Shown: positions 9,307-18,938, counted from the stretch's first letter. The stretch: DNA of 64,000 bases from an uncultured Bacillota bacterium (GCA_958428295.1 CAUAFL010000007.1:2250-66249), one strand, 5' to 3'. Translations and numbers: made by a program. Notes: generated by a model from the sequence alone, not told the origin.

Positions 9307-9594
9307 ATGGCAAAGAAACAAGAGAAGTTAGAAGAAACAAAAACGATGAAAAACAAACCAAAATCCACTGCAAGTAAAACAAAAAAAGCAGTGGCAAATA
9401 ATCAGGAAAGTATAGTAAAAAGAATAAAAAATTTCTTTGGTGGTGTCAAAACAGAAGCTAAACGAGTAAAATGGCCTAGTAAAAAAGAAATGATGAAATA
9501 TTCTATTGCTACCATAGTCTTTATTATTGGCTGTTCATTATTCTTTTATGCAATCGACATTATCATGGCATTTTTGCATACATTAGGAAAGTAG
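9307..9594 (+). CDS. secE: Preprotein translocase subunit SecE (with Lys-rich N-terminal extension)
   Basis: C-terminal part VKTEAKRVKWPSKKEMMKYSIATIVFIIGCSLFFYAIDIIMAF matches the SecE TM signature. It lies immediately upstream of nusG. The start could be an internal Met. Confidence 0.85.
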   Translation: MAKKQEKLEETKTMKNKPKSTASKTKKAVANNQESIVKRIKNFFGGVKTEAKRVKWPSKKEMMKYSIATIVFIIGCSLFFYAIDIIMAFLHTLGK

Positions 9595-9606
9595 GGGAAA
9601 CGATAC

Positions 9607-10140
9607 ATGGAAAAACAGTGGTATGTAGTAAATACATATTCAGGACATGAAAATAAAGTAAAAGAAAAATTATTAATGCGTGCTGAGTCAATGGATATGC
9701 AAGAATATATTTATCGTGTCATTGTCCCTGAGCAAGAGGAGACAGAAATCAAAGACGGTGTTACGAAGAAAAAAGTCAAAAAAATGTTTCCAGGTTACAT
9801 TTTAGTGGAGATGATTATGACAGATGAAGCTTGGTACATTGTTCGTAATACCCCGGGTGTTACCGGCTTTATCGGCTCTAGTGGAAAGGGAGCTAAACCA
9901 ACCCCTTTACAACCTTATGAAGTGGATAATATCCTAAAAAATATGGGAATTAGTCGTATTGATATAGATAAAGAATTAGAAGTAGGGACTAAAACTAAAA
10001 TTGTAGGGGGACCTTTTACAGGAATGTATGGTACGGTTGAAGAAATTGATACTGATCATCAGAAAATTGTTCTAAATGTTGATTTATTTGGACAAGAAAC
10101 ACAAGTAGAAGTCGAATTAGGACAAATTGAAAAAGTATAA
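9607..10140 (+). CDS. nusG: Transcription termination/antitermination factor NusG
   Basis: MEKQWYVVNTYSGHENKVKE..., an NGN domain plus a C-terminal KOW domain. Position matches secE-nusG-rplK synteny. Confidence 0.96.
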   Translation: MEKQWYVVNTYSGHENKVKEKLLMRAESMDMQEYIYRVIVPEQEETEIKDGVTKKKVKKMFPGYILVEMIMTDEAWYIVRNTPGVTGFIGSSGKGAKPTPLQPYEVDNILKNMGISRIDIDKELEVGTKTKIVGGPFTGMYGTVEEIDTDHQKIVLNVDLFGQETQVEVELGQIEKV

Positions 10141-10143
10141 ATA

Positions 10144-10172
10144 TTGCAAATACAAGCATTTTATGCTATTAT
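10144..10172 (+). promoter_or_regulatory. Candidate promoter for rplK-rplA
   Basis: TTGCAA, 17 nt, then TATTAT, followed by a leader of about 100 nt. Confidence 0.45.
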
Positions 10173-10280
10173 TTAAGGGCTATATTAATTAAAATATAGA
10201 TAAGTGGGAAGCAAAAGTGAAAAAACAAAAAAAGCTATTAGAACCACTCGCGAAAACGAGAAAGAAAGGATGTGTTTTTC

Positions 10281-10715
10281 GTGGCAAAAGCAGTTGTAAA
10301 AAAAATTAAGTTACAAATTCCTGCTGGCAAAGCAACACCTGCTCCACCCGTTGGTACAGTGTTAGGACCTGCTGGGATTAATCTACAAGAATTTTGTACA
10401 AAATATAATGATGCAACTAGAGAAAAAATGGGAGATATATTACCAGTAGAAATTTCTATTTATGATGATAGAAGTTTCGACTTTGTAATTAAAACTCCAC
10501 CAACCAGTTTCTTAATTAAAAAGTATGCCAAAATCAATAAGGGTTCAGTGAAAGGTGCTAATGAAACCATCGCAACCCTCACAGCTCAACAACTTAGCGA
10601 AATTGCTGAAACTAAGTTACCAGATTTAAATTGCTATACAGTAGAAGAAGCGAAAAAAATCGTTGCTGGTACAGCTAAAAATATGGGCGTTGATATAAAA
10701 GATACACAAGATTAA
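10281..10715 (+). CDS. rplK: 50S ribosomal protein L11
   Basis: ...KIKLQIPAGKATPAPPVGTVLGPAGINLQEFC... I prefer the GTG at 10281 (AKAVVKKIKLQ) because it matches the canonical L11 N-terminus. The track start at 10272 adds MFF. Confidence 0.93.
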   Translation: MAKAVVKKIKLQIPAGKATPAPPVGTVLGPAGINLQEFCTKYNDATREKMGDILPVEISIYDDRSFDFVIKTPPTSFLIKKYAKINKGSVKGANETIATLTAQQLSEIAETKLPDLNCYTVEEAKKIVAGTAKNMGVDIKDTQD

Positions 10716-10804
10716 GAACATTGAAACACATATAGGTAATTTACCTATGTGGGAGGATAAAGCCACTTATTGCTTACCGATATACCACATAAGGAGGAAA
10801 GAAA

Positions 10805-11503
10805 ATGAAGAAGAGAAGTAAAAAGTACCAAGAAGCCTCTTCTAAGATAGAAAAGAATACCTTGTATTCTAAAGAAGAAGCCTTAAAATTAGTAAAACAG
10901 ACAAGTGTTACTAAGTTTGATGCTTCTGTGGAAGTTGCTTTAAGATTAAATCTTGATACAAAAAAAGCTGATCAACAATTAAGAGGAGCGATAGTATTAC
11001 CAAAAGGAACGGGTAAAACAAATCGTGTCTTAGTCATTGCCAAAGGAGACCAAGCTAAAGCCGCTACTGAAGCAGGGGCTGATTATGTTGGGGATACGGA
11101 TTTATTAGAAAAAATCGAAAAGGAAAATTGGTTTGAATTCGATACAATGATTGCTACTCCTGATATGATGCCTTTACTAGGACGTCTTGGTCGGGTATTA
11201 GGACCAAAAGGATTAATGCCAAACCCTAAAACAGGAACGGTAACTACGGATGTTGCTAAAGCAGTGACAGATGCCAAAGCAGGACGCGTTGAATATAGAA
11301 CTGATAGTTTTGGGAATATTCATGCAATGATTGGGAAAGCATCATTTAGCGAAGAAGATTTGTTAGCAAATTTGAACGCTTTTGTAGCGCAAATTTTAAA
11401 AATCAAACCAGCTACCGTTAAAGGAGAATATGTAAAAAATATCTCAATTGCAACGACTATGGGTCCTGGCATTAAAATTATGCCAAATTCCTTTGACAAA
11501 TAG
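10805..11503 (+). CDS. rplA: 50S ribosomal protein L1
   Basis: [10 protein letters not shown]...[13 protein letters not shown]...[24 protein letters not shown]. Confidence 0.96.
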   Translation: MKKRSKKYQEASSKIEKNTLYSKEEALKLVKQTSVTKFDASVEVALRLNLDTKKADQQLRGAIVLPKGTGKTNRVLVIAKGDQAKAATEAGADYVGDTDLLEKIEKENWFEFDTMIATPDMMPLLGRLGRVLGPKGLMPNPKTGTVTTDVAKAVTDAKAGRVEYRTDSFGNIHAMIGKASFSEEDLLANLNAFVAQILKIKPATVKGEYVKNISIATTMGPGIKIMPNSFDK

Positions 11504-11521
11504 ACTCAAGTAGCATATAAT
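11493..11521 (+). promoter_or_regulatory. Consensus sigma-A promoter for rplJ-rplL (inside the 3' end of rplA)
   Basis: TTGACA, 17 nt, then TATAAT; both hexamers are perfect. Confidence 0.7.
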
Positions 11522-11527
11522 AAACTT

Positions 11528-11623
11528 GTTTGTTGGTGCCAAAGACAGTAGGTATAAACTTAAATCCTACCGAGGACGACTTTAAAATAAAAGTTCTCGC
11601 AAGGATTAGCGCGAGAATTTTTT
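11528..11623 (+). promoter_or_regulatory. L10 (rplJ) ribosomal-protein leader with attenuator terminator
   Basis: GGTGCCAAAGACAGTAGG...CCTACCGAGGACG resembles the firmicute L10 leader, an rRNA mimic of the L10(L12)4 site. It is followed by a TTCTCGC-aaggattagc-GCGAGAA hairpin plus T6 at 11594..11623. Confidence 0.65.
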
Positions 11624-11655
11624 GCACCCACAAAATATTTTATAGGAGGTGTAAC

Positions 11656-12150
11656 ATGGCGAATCAAAAAATCTTAGTTCAGAAACAACAAGTAATTGAA
11701 GAAATCAAAGATAAAGTAAATCAAAGTTCTTCGATTGTTTTATTTGATTATCGTGGTATGACTGACGAAGAAATCAAAGAGCTAAGAAATGCTTTAAGAA
11801 AAGCAGAAGCAGATTACAAAGTTTACAAGAATACCCTTATGGCTAGAGCTTTCAATGATCTACAAATAGATTTAAATAGTGCTTTAAAAGGCCCTAGTGC
11901 TCTTGCATACAGTACAGATCAAATCGCTCCCATTAAGGTATTAACAGATTTTGCAAAAGAACATCCTACGCTAAGTTTAAAAATTGGGGTAGTTGATGGT
12001 GAAATTGCCGATCAGACTAAATTGGCTGAATATGCAACCATTCCATCAAGAGATGGCTTACTAACGATGCTTGCTGGTGGAATGATTGGACTTGTAAGAG
12101 ACCTATCTATCTGCTTAGACTTATATGGTCAACAAAAAGAAGAAAATTAA
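11656..12150 (+). CDS. rplJ: 50S ribosomal protein L10
   Basis: AGGAGG RBS, then MANQKILVQKQQVIEEIKDK... The track ORF start at 11530 translates the leader and is rejected. Confidence 0.94.
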   Translation: MANQKILVQKQQVIEEIKDKVNQSSSIVLFDYRGMTDEEIKELRNALRKAEADYKVYKNTLMARAFNDLQIDLNSALKGPSALAYSTDQIAPIKVLTDFAKEHPTLSLKIGVVDGEIADQTKLAEYATIPSRDGLLTMLAGGMIGLVRDLSICLDLYGQQKEEN

Positions 12151-12169
12151 AATAAGGAGGAAATGAATA

Positions 12170-12541
12170 ATGGCAAAAATTACAAAAGATGAATTTATCA
12201 GTTCTTTAAAAGAAATGACACTTTTAGAAATCAAAGAATTAGTAGATGCAATGAAGGAGGAATTTGGTGTTGATCCATCAGCCGTAGCTGTTGCTGCTCC
12301 TGCTGCTGGTGCTAGTGAAGATGCTGAACCATCAACAGTTACTATTTCCATTGCTGAAGCTGGTGCTGCAAAAGTAGCTGTAATTAAAGTAGTACGTGAA
12401 ATTACAGGTTTAGGATTAAAGGAATCTAAAGATCTAGTAGATAATCCTGGAACTGCTATTAAAGAAAATATTAGTGTAGAAGAAGCAAATGAAATCAAGG
12501 CTAAACTTGAAGAAGCTGGCGCTACTGTGGAAGTAAAATAA
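12170..12541 (+). CDS. rplL: 50S ribosomal protein L7/L12
   Basis: Ala-rich hinge ([11 protein letters not shown]) and C-terminal [24 protein letters not shown]...EAGATVEVK. Confidence 0.97.
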   Translation: MAKITKDEFISSLKEMTLLEIKELVDAMKEEFGVDPSAVAVAAPAAGASEDAEPSTVTISIAEAGAAKVAVIKVVREITGLGLKESKDLVDNPGTAIKENISVEEANEIKAKLEEAGATVEVK

Positions 12542-12550
12542 GGTTAAAAA

Positions 12551-12572
12551 GGAAACTGCGGTTTCTTTTTTT
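12551..12572 (+). terminator. Intrinsic terminator after rplL
   Basis: GGAAAC-tgcg-GTTTC(T) hairpin followed by T8. Confidence 0.7.
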
Positions 12573-12597
12573 ATGTTATAAATGATACCTAAGTAAG

Positions 12598-12626
12598 TTA
12601 CATTCCAAACCAACTAATGGTATAAT
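12598..12626 (+). promoter_or_regulatory. Candidate promoter for the SDR gene
   Basis: TTACAT, 17 nt, then TATAAT, preceded by TGg (extended -10). Confidence 0.5.
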
Positions 12627-12644
12627 AATGGTAAGGAGGATAAA

Positions 12645-13382
12645 ATGTTAGAAAATAAAGTTGCTATTATTACTGGGGGAACACGTGGAATCGGTTTCGC
12701 TAGTGCAAAACTATTTTTAGAAAATAAAGCAAAAGTAGTTATATTAGGTTCTAGAAAAGAAACGGTAGAAAAGGCCATTAATCAATTAGCAAACTATCAT
12801 GGAAATGTCATTGGGTTTTATCCCAACTTGGTAAACGAACAGGAAATAAAACAAATGCTAGCCAAAGTCAAAGAAACATTTGGGCATATTGATATTTTAG
12901 TTAATAATGCTGGTATTTCTTCTAGTACCCCTATAAGTAATTATACAAATAAGGAATACGACAACATTATGGACTTAAATTTAAAAGCGGTCTTTTTATG
13001 TAGTCAACTAGTGATTCCTTACATGAAGGAGGAAAAAGGTGGTGTTATCATCAATACTTCTTCTGTGGTTAGCCATTATGGCCAAGCATCAGGGTGTTTA
13101 TATCCTAGCTCTAAATTTGCGGTCAATGGATTAACAAAGTCCTTAGCACGTGAACTTGGAAAAGATAATATTCGCGTTAATGCAGTGGCACCAGGGATTG
13201 TCAATACTGATATGGTTTCTAGTCTACCAAAAGAAATGATTGAACCATTAGTAAATACCATTCCGTTGCATCGAATGGCAGAACCTGTGGATATTGCGAA
13301 TGCTATTTTATACTTAGCAAGCCCGATGGCTAATTATGTTACAGGAGCTATTTTATCAGTAGACGGAGGAGCTGTCATTTAA
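12645..13382 (+). CDS. Short-chain dehydrogenase/reductase (FabG-like 3-oxoacyl reductase family)
   Basis: TGGTRGIG cofactor motif, NNAG, and catalytic YPSSKFAV (YxxxK). Confidence 0.85.
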   Translation: MLENKVAIITGGTRGIGFASAKLFLENKAKVVILGSRKETVEKAINQLANYHGNVIGFYPNLVNEQEIKQMLAKVKETFGHIDILVNNAGISSSTPISNYTNKEYDNIMDLNLKAVFLCSQLVIPYMKEEKGGVIINTSSVVSHYGQASGCLYPSSKFAVNGLTKSLARELGKDNIRVNAVAPGIVNTDMVSSLPKEMIEPLVNTIPLHRMAEPVDIANAILYLASPMANYVTGAILSVDGGAVI

Positions 13383-13420
13383 AATATTATGTCAAGTGGC
13401 AAAAAATAGTGATTAGGATC

Positions 13421-13705
13421 TTGACTTTTAAAAAAGATCATGTATACTTTAAATATAGTTCTTAGTAATATTGCAAGGAAATAAAAGATAATCATTCTAA
13501 ATATTTCGAGAAAATTGTAATATTGAGATGAAGTTTGGGAGCGCACTTTGAGCTTTAAACGAAAGGTCTACCACAGCTAAGAACTAATAACTATTAGAAT
13601 GAGAAAGACAACTCAAAATGGATAAGCAGCTATTAAATGTACTGATAATACAATTAATAGTACCTAAACAAACTAGGATCATTTACGAAAGTAAATGATT
13701 TTTTT
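13421..13705 (+). ncRNA. Candidate orphan transcript (about 250 nt): promoter to terminator with no annotated ORF, contains a 26-codon ORF
   Basis: TTGACT, 16 nt, TATACT at 13421..13448. Terminator ATCATTTAC-gaaa-GTAAATGAT plus T7 at 13678..13705. Internal long-range complements AGTTCTTAG/CTAAGAACT and TCATTCTAA/TTAGAATGA. Small ORF at 13618..13698. Confidence 0.4.
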
Positions 13706-13713
13706 ATTTATAA

Positions 13714-13739
13714 ATAAAAAAAGCCTTAGAATTAGGCTT
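13714..13739 (-). terminator. Intrinsic terminator for the acidic-protein gene
   Basis: Minus strand reads AAGCCT-aattcta-AGGCTT followed by T7. Confidence 0.6.
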
Positions 13740-13744
13740 CACTT

Positions 13745-13987
13745 TTAAAATAAATCATGAAAAGAAGTCGTATCATCACTTTCGATGATATCATCTCCTT
13801 CAACAATTGAAGTACTATCATTATCGTCTATATCATCCATAATAGTTTCCTCTTCGTCCTCATCTGGAATATTCATAACAATTGGTTCACTTATGCTAGC
13901 ACCATGATTCTGCAAATAACGTAATGCCTTTCTGGCTTCCTCGGGAATCTCGGTAATTTGCTGTTCATCTACTCTATCTTGATCCAT
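13745..13987 (-). CDS. Hyper-acidic small protein (80 aa), unknown function, divergent from essC
   Basis: MDQDRVDEQQITEIPEEARKALRYLQNHG... followed by a D/E-rich tail (PDEDEEETIMDDIDDNDSTSIVEGDDIIESDD). GGAGG-type RBS (aaggaggaagagt) upstream and its own terminator. Confidence 0.6.
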   Translation of the reverse strand: MDQDRVDEQQITEIPEEARKALRYLQNHGASISEPIVMNIPDEDEEETIMDDIDDNDSTSIVEGDDIIESDDTTSFHDLF

Positions 13988-14133
13988 ACTCTTCCTCCTT
14001 ATTCATCAAAAGAATACCATAAATAGGAGTACTTTTCAACTGCTAGACAACTTTCACAAAAAAGAACTTTAGCATTGTTTCTTTGAAATTATTATAGTAA
14101 AATGAATTATAGAATAAAATAGAGGTGAGTTAG

Positions 14134-17100
14134 ATGTTACTATATTTACTATATGAGAACAAATTATCTACTTTTCTCTTGCCTAAAAATATTTCTGGTA
14201 ACTATATTGTATCTGATTATGATCATTTAGGCAGCAAAAGAAATATTATAAATATTGAAGAACGAAACGGTATCTGGCAAATTTGTAGTAACTACGATAA
14301 TAAGTTAATTTATAAAAAAGAATACTTGGATACTGCTGAATTGAAATTATTTGAATTCTACCAAATTCAGTTATATACAGGCGAAATGCTGTTAATTTAT
14401 GTAGCAGAAGCTTATGCCAATACCATTATTCAAAAACAAATGCTAGATAATAGCACTATCATAATTGGTAATATGGATGAGTGTGATATTAAATATGCAG
14501 GCTTTAATAATTTAAACCAATTACAAATAGAATATAAAAACCACCAATATTATATAACCAATATAAATCCTACTATGAATCTGTATGTAAATCGTCTAAA
14601 AAAAGAAAAGACAATATTAAAAAATTTAGATACTATTTTTTGTATGGGGTTAAGGATAACAGTTTGCGGCTCTTCCTTATTTTTTATAGTACCTAAGCAA
14701 TCTCTACAAATTCTTTCCCATAAGTTTGAAGAAGTAACAAGTCAGTTAATTACTAAAGATTATCAGGCTTCTGCTGATATCTATAAAGATTTTTATGATG
14801 AAAAAGAATATTATGCAAAAGCACCTGTTTTCAAAAATAAATTAGAACCTTTAGAATTGACGATTGCAACCCCTCCTCCTAAGCAAGAACCTGAAAATGA
14901 ATCCGTAATGATGACAGTAATCCCTTCTTCATTAATGTGCATGACCTCTGTTATTATGGGGTATTTTGCTATTAAGAATTTTAACAATAAAGACGTAGAT
15001 ATGGAAACGAATATTTTATCACTTGTGATGTGCATTTCCATGTTGATGGCTTGTATATTGTGGCCTTTTGTCGAGCGAAACTATCAAAACCATCGGCTTG
15101 CTAAAAAAGAAAAAAAACGGCTTAAAACGTTTGAAAAATATTTACAAGAAAAAGAAATACTATTAAAAAAAGAAATAGAACAACAACGTTTAATTTTGCA
15201 AAATAACAACATTACGTTGAATGAATGTCAAAAAGCAATTCTTAACAGAACGCCTAATTTATTTTCGAGAAATATAGAACAAGAGGACTTTCTAACAGTA
15301 AGACTAGGGATTGGAACTGTTCCTTTAGCCTGTAATTTACAATATCATCGAGAAGAGTTTACCGAAAATGAAGATACATTACGTGATCAAATTGATAAAA
15401 TTGTGAATGAAAATAAAGAAGTATCTAATGTGCCTATCAGTTTATCCCTAACTGAACATAATGTAGTTGCCTTCTTGAGCGATAGTGTGGATAAAAAAGC
15501 TTACTTTGAAGCGATTTTATTACAATTAATTACCTTACAAAGTTATACAGATCTAAAGTTAATTATGCTGACAGATAGCTTAGGAGAAAATGAGCTTTCC
15601 TATATGAAACACCTAAATCATTGTTGGAGTAATGATAAAAGTATTCGCTTCTTTGCTACTACTTTTGAACAGGGACAAATACTTTCTAGTTATTTAGAAC
15701 GGGAATTAAATGATCGAACTAGCGAAAACACTCATAAGGATCAAAAATATGCCCCCTTTTATTTAATTTTGTCAGATAATATCAGTAGTTATCGTAATTT
15801 GAAAATAGTAAAAGATATTTTAAAAGAAAAAAAGCAAGTTGGATTTGGCTTATTAATTTTTGATACTAAAGTTTCTAATGTTCCTAATGAATGTGATCAA
15901 TTCATAAATTATAATAAAGAGCAAGCAGCTTATTTCTCCAATGTTATGGATAAAGACACGATTCTTTATTTTAAGCCAGAATTTATGGAGGCTACGTTAA
16001 ATATTTCTGAATGTTGCCGTATACTAGCTAATACCCCTGTTAAATTGGCTCTTGATGAGGCCAAACAGATTCCCAATAATGTGGGCTTTTTAGAAATGTA
16101 TGAAGTAGGCAATGTTGAACAATTAAATACGAAAGGCCGTTGGGAAATGTCAACGGTTACTACAAGTCTAGCTGCGCCTATTGGAATCGATGCCTTTGGT
16201 AATGTATTACTTCTTGATTTGCATGAGAAAAAGCATGGACCTCATGGTTTAGTGGCAGGAATGACGGGTTCTGGTAAAAGTGAATTTATTATTACCTATA
16301 TTCTCTCATTAGCAGTCAATTATCGTCCCACAGAAGTACAGTTTGTCTTAATTGATTATAAAGGGGGCGGTTTAGCGGGTGCTTTTGAAAACCGTAAAAC
16401 GGGTGTTAAACTTCCCCACTTAGTAGGAACGATAACGAATTTAGATAAGGCCTCTATGAATCGTTCATTAGTATCCATTAATAGTGAATTACAACGAAGA
16501 CAACGACTCTTTAATGAAACGAAAGAACAATTAAATATTGGTACTATTGATATTTATAAATATCAAAAATTATATCGTGAAAATACCATTACTACTCCTT
16601 TATCTCATCTATTTATTATTTGTGATGAATTTGCCGAATTAAAAGATCAACAACCGGAGTTTATGGACCAGTTGATTTCAACAGCACGAATTGGACGAAG
16701 TTTAGGAATTCATCTAATTTTAGCTACACAGAAACCAACGGGTGTCGTTGATGATCAAATTTGGAGTAATAGTAAGTTTAAAATCTGTTGTAAGGTGCAA
16801 ACGGAAGAGGATAGTAAAGAAATGATTAATCGTCCGGATGCTGCCTACATTAAAGAAATCGGTCGTTTTTTTCTCCAGGTAGGCTATGATGAATACTTCG
16901 TGGAAGGACAGTCAGCTTATACTGGTAGACCATATATTCCAACGAATAAAGTAAAATCAAAAGTAGATAATAGTATCAATTTTGTAAATACAACTGGAGA
17001 GATAATGAAAACGGTCGAAGACTTAGAAGAAAATAAGGCCAATAATAACACTTATGGAGAGGAATTAAAAAATATTTTAGAGTATCTTATTAAAATCGCC

Positions 17101-18690
17101 TCTAGTCAAAATTTTCAGTATCAGCAATTATGGCTTGAAAATATTCCTCCTAAAATTTATATTGAAGATATCCGTAAAAAGTATCCATCAGAACCTAAAA
17201 GGAATATATTAAATCCAATGATCGGTGAGTATGATGATCCTGCCCACCAAACACAAGGTGTAGTGACCTTACCGATTACTGAGGGTGGTAATTGCTTTAT
17301 TGCAGGAATGACGGGCAGTGGAAAAACCACGCTGTTAAAAACATTAATCTACTCTATTATGGTAACGCACCGCAGTGATGAAGTGAATATCTATGTTATA
17401 GATTTAGGATTGGAGGCACTAAAACAATTTGAGCGTGCACCTCAAGTAGGGGAAGTATTGACCGTAGCAGAAGAAGAAAAAATAAAACGCTTATTCAAAA
17501 TATTAGAGAATGAAGCAGAACAACGAAAAAAAATATTATCTAAAACAGGTGGTACTTATCAGAGCTATTGTCAGGAGGGGAATCTTCCCAATATAGTTAT
17601 AATGATTAACGGAATTGAAGTTTTTAAAGAGGTTTTTGATGAACTTTACGAAGAAACCTTTATTAATCTCACAAGAGATTGTAACAAATATGGAATAACT
17701 TTTATTGTTACCAGCACGAGTTCTACGGGATTAGGATACCGAGCTGAAAATAATTTTCCACAAAAAATTGGGCTTCGCTTACTAGATCAGGACGAATACT
17801 ATAACTTATTTCCAAGAAATGACGTTTTAATTACCCAAACACCAGGACGTGGTCTGATAAACTTAGAAGGAATTTATGAGTTTCAAACTGCCTTACTATT
17901 TACTGAGGAGACCCTAGAAACAAACCTGGATTATATTTTTAATGAGTTACAGAAAGTTTTAAAAAAGGTAAAACCAATACCTACAATGCCTAGCATAGTA
18001 ACTGCTAGTTCACTTTTAAAAAACAATCTTGCTTTAAATTATTTTCCAATAGGGAAAAATATAGAAACGGTCAGTACTGTTTACTACAACTTTACTGAAC
18101 CACTAACTGTTATTAGTACGCTAGAAGAAGAAACGTACGTAAGTTTTACAGAGGCTTTTCTAACGATTGCCAAAAATTGCCCTCAAACGAAGATGATTAT
18201 TTTAGATGGCCTCAAATTAATTACCAATCCAAAAGATGACAAAATAAAGTACTATGATGCTAACTTTAAACCGCTAATGAAGTATTTAAAAGAAATGATT
18301 CCTACGATTGCCGATCGGAAGGATCAAACTTATGCTATTGTGGTGATGGGGTACCAGAAGATTGCACAACACTTAGAAAAACTAAAGGAAGAAAGTTTAG
18401 ACGAAGAAGTTGTAACTTTGGATGACATTATAGAATTAGCACAAACAACGACTAATTTCAAGTTTATTTTTCTTGATTTATATGCCTCTTTAAAAAGTAT
18501 TAAAAAGAAATCATGGTATTCGCTTATGAAACGAAATTCTGGAATTTGGTTAGGCAGTGGATTTGAAGATCAAACTCTTATAAACGCTAAGCATAAAGAT
18601 CGCTATTTCTCAGAAGAAGAAAATATTGCCTATGTGATAACGGAAGGAGAAGTGACATTAATGAAACCAATACAAGGAGGAGATAGATGA
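14134..18690 (+). CDS. essC: Type VII secretion (T7SSb) FtsK/SpoIIIE-family ATPase EssC/YukB-like
   Basis: 1518 aa. N-terminal FHA-like region, two TM helices, then tandem FtsK-type ATPase modules with Walker A GMTGSGKSEF and GMTGSGKTTL. The third module has no recognisable P-loop. Confidence 0.88.
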   Translation: MLLYLLYENKLSTFLLPKNISGNYIVSDYDHLGSKRNIINIEERNGIWQICSNYDNKLIYKKEYLDTAELKLFEFYQIQLYTGEMLLIYVAEAYANTIIQKQMLDNSTIIIGNMDECDIKYAGFNNLNQLQIEYKNHQYYITNINPTMNLYVNRLKKEKTILKNLDTIFCMGLRITVCGSSLFFIVPKQSLQILSHKFEEVTSQLITKDYQASADIYKDFYDEKEYYAKAPVFKNKLEPLELTIATPPPKQEPENESVMMTVIPSSLMCMTSVIMGYFAIKNFNNKDVDMETNILSLVMCISMLMACILWPFVERNYQNHRLAKKEKKRLKTFEKYLQEKEILLKKEIEQQRLILQNNNITLNECQKAILNRTPNLFSRNIEQEDFLTVRLGIGTVPLACNLQYHREEFTENEDTLRDQIDKIVNENKEVSNVPISLSLTEHNVVAFLSDSVDKKAYFEAILLQLITLQSYTDLKLIMLTDSLGENELSYMKHLNHCWSNDKSIRFFATTFEQGQILSSYLERELNDRTSENTHKDQKYAPFYLILSDNISSYRNLKIVKDILKEKKQVGFGLLIFDTKVSNVPNECDQFINYNKEQAAYFSNVMDKDTILYFKPEFMEATLNISECCRILANTPVKLALDEAKQIPNNVGFLEMYEVGNVEQLNTKGRWEMSTVTTSLAAPIGIDAFGNVLLLDLHEKKHGPHGLVAGMTGSGKSEFIITYILSLAVNYRPTEVQFVLIDYKGGGLAGAFENRKTGVKLPHLVGTITNLDKASMNRSLVSINSELQRRQRLFNETKEQLNIGTIDIYKYQKLYRENTITTPLSHLFIICDEFAELKDQQPEFMDQLISTARIGRSLGIHLILATQKPTGVVDDQIWSNSKFKICCKVQTEEDSKEMINRPDAAYIKEIGRFFLQVGYDEYFVEGQSAYTGRPYIPTNKVKSKVDNSINFVNTTGEIMKTVEDLEENKANNNTYGEELKNILEYLIKIASSQNFQYQQLWLENIPPKIYIEDIRKKYPSEPKRNILNPMIGEYDDPAHQTQGVVTLPITEGGNCFIAGMTGSGKTTLLKTLIYSIMVTHRSDEVNIYVIDLGLEALKQFERAPQVGEVLTVAEEEKIKRLFKILENEAEQRKKILSKTGGTYQSYCQEGNLPNIVIMINGIEVFKEVFDELYEETFINLTRDCNKYGITFIVTSTSSTGLGYRAENNFPQKIGLRLLDQDEYYNLFPRNDVLITQTPGRGLINLEGIYEFQTALLFTEETLETNLDYIFNELQKVLKKVKPIPTMPSIVTASSLLKNNLALNYFPIGKNIETVSTVYYNFTEPLTVISTLEEETYVSFTEAFLTIAKNCPQTKMIILDGLKLITNPKDDKIKYYDANFKPLMKYLKEMIPTIADRKDQTYAIVVMGYQKIAQHLEKLKEESLDEEVVTLDDIIELAQTTTNFKFIFLDLYASLKSIKKKSWYSLMKRNSGIWLGSGFEDQTLINAKHKDRYFSEEENIAYVITEGEVTLMKPIQGGDR

Positions 18691-18938
18691 ATAAAATATT
18701 AATTAGTGTATATGTTATTACCCTTGATGCAAAATACGATTTATTTGTTCCTATTAACATAAAAACGAGTAAAATGATTGACCTGATTCAAAAATCTATT
18801 GTGGAATTATCATTAGGACATTATCAGATCAATCAAACGGCACATCTTTATGATGGTAAAAGCGGAATGTTAATCAATACAAACAATATCGTGAAATATT
18901 CAGGGTTACAAAATGGCAGTAATGTTTTATTGATATAA
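18687..18938 (+). CDS. YukD/EsaB-like ubiquitin-fold (beta-grasp) T7SS accessory protein
   Basis: 83 aa. ISVYVITLDAKYDLFVPINIKTSKMIDLI...LYDGKSGMLINTNNIVKYSGLQNGSNVLLI matches the EsaB/YukD pattern. The ATGA overlap with essC indicates translational coupling. Confidence 0.75.
   Translation: MNKILISVYVITLDAKYDLFVPINIKTSKMIDLIQKSIVELSLGHYQINQTAHLYDGKSGMLINTNNIVKYSGLQNGSNVLLI

Noticed and set aside
10716-10804. Possible L1-binding autoregulatory leader upstream of rplA (GGGAGGATAAAGCC...).
   Set aside because: The resemblance to the L1 rRNA/mRNA site is from memory only, and I could not define the helix. It is not supportable without a covariance-model scan.
11530-11655. N-terminal extension of rplJ given by the track (MLVPKTVGINLNPTEDDF...).
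   Set aside because: This stretch is the L10 leader with its attenuator hairpin. The canonical L10 N-terminus (MANQKIL) starts at 11656 after AGGAGG.
12121-12498. 125-aa minus-strand ORF antisense to rplL. Similar antisense or alternative-frame ORFs occur at 282..569, 2221..2421, 2463..2807, 6925..7131, 8280..8516, 11083..11277, 13076..13261, 14811..15041, 21093..21287, 24377..24729, 26191..26418, 27671..27874, 31351..31584, 32026..32274, 33537..33752, 37101..37328, 38270..38461, 45113..45373, 46837..47034, 47176..47466, 49201..49422, 49996..50238, 55044..55226, 57063..57308, 57496..57711, 58594..58833 and 61530..61730.
   Set aside because: All are embedded in strongly supported conserved genes. 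They lack RBSs and have low-complexity or odd composition typical of shadow frames.
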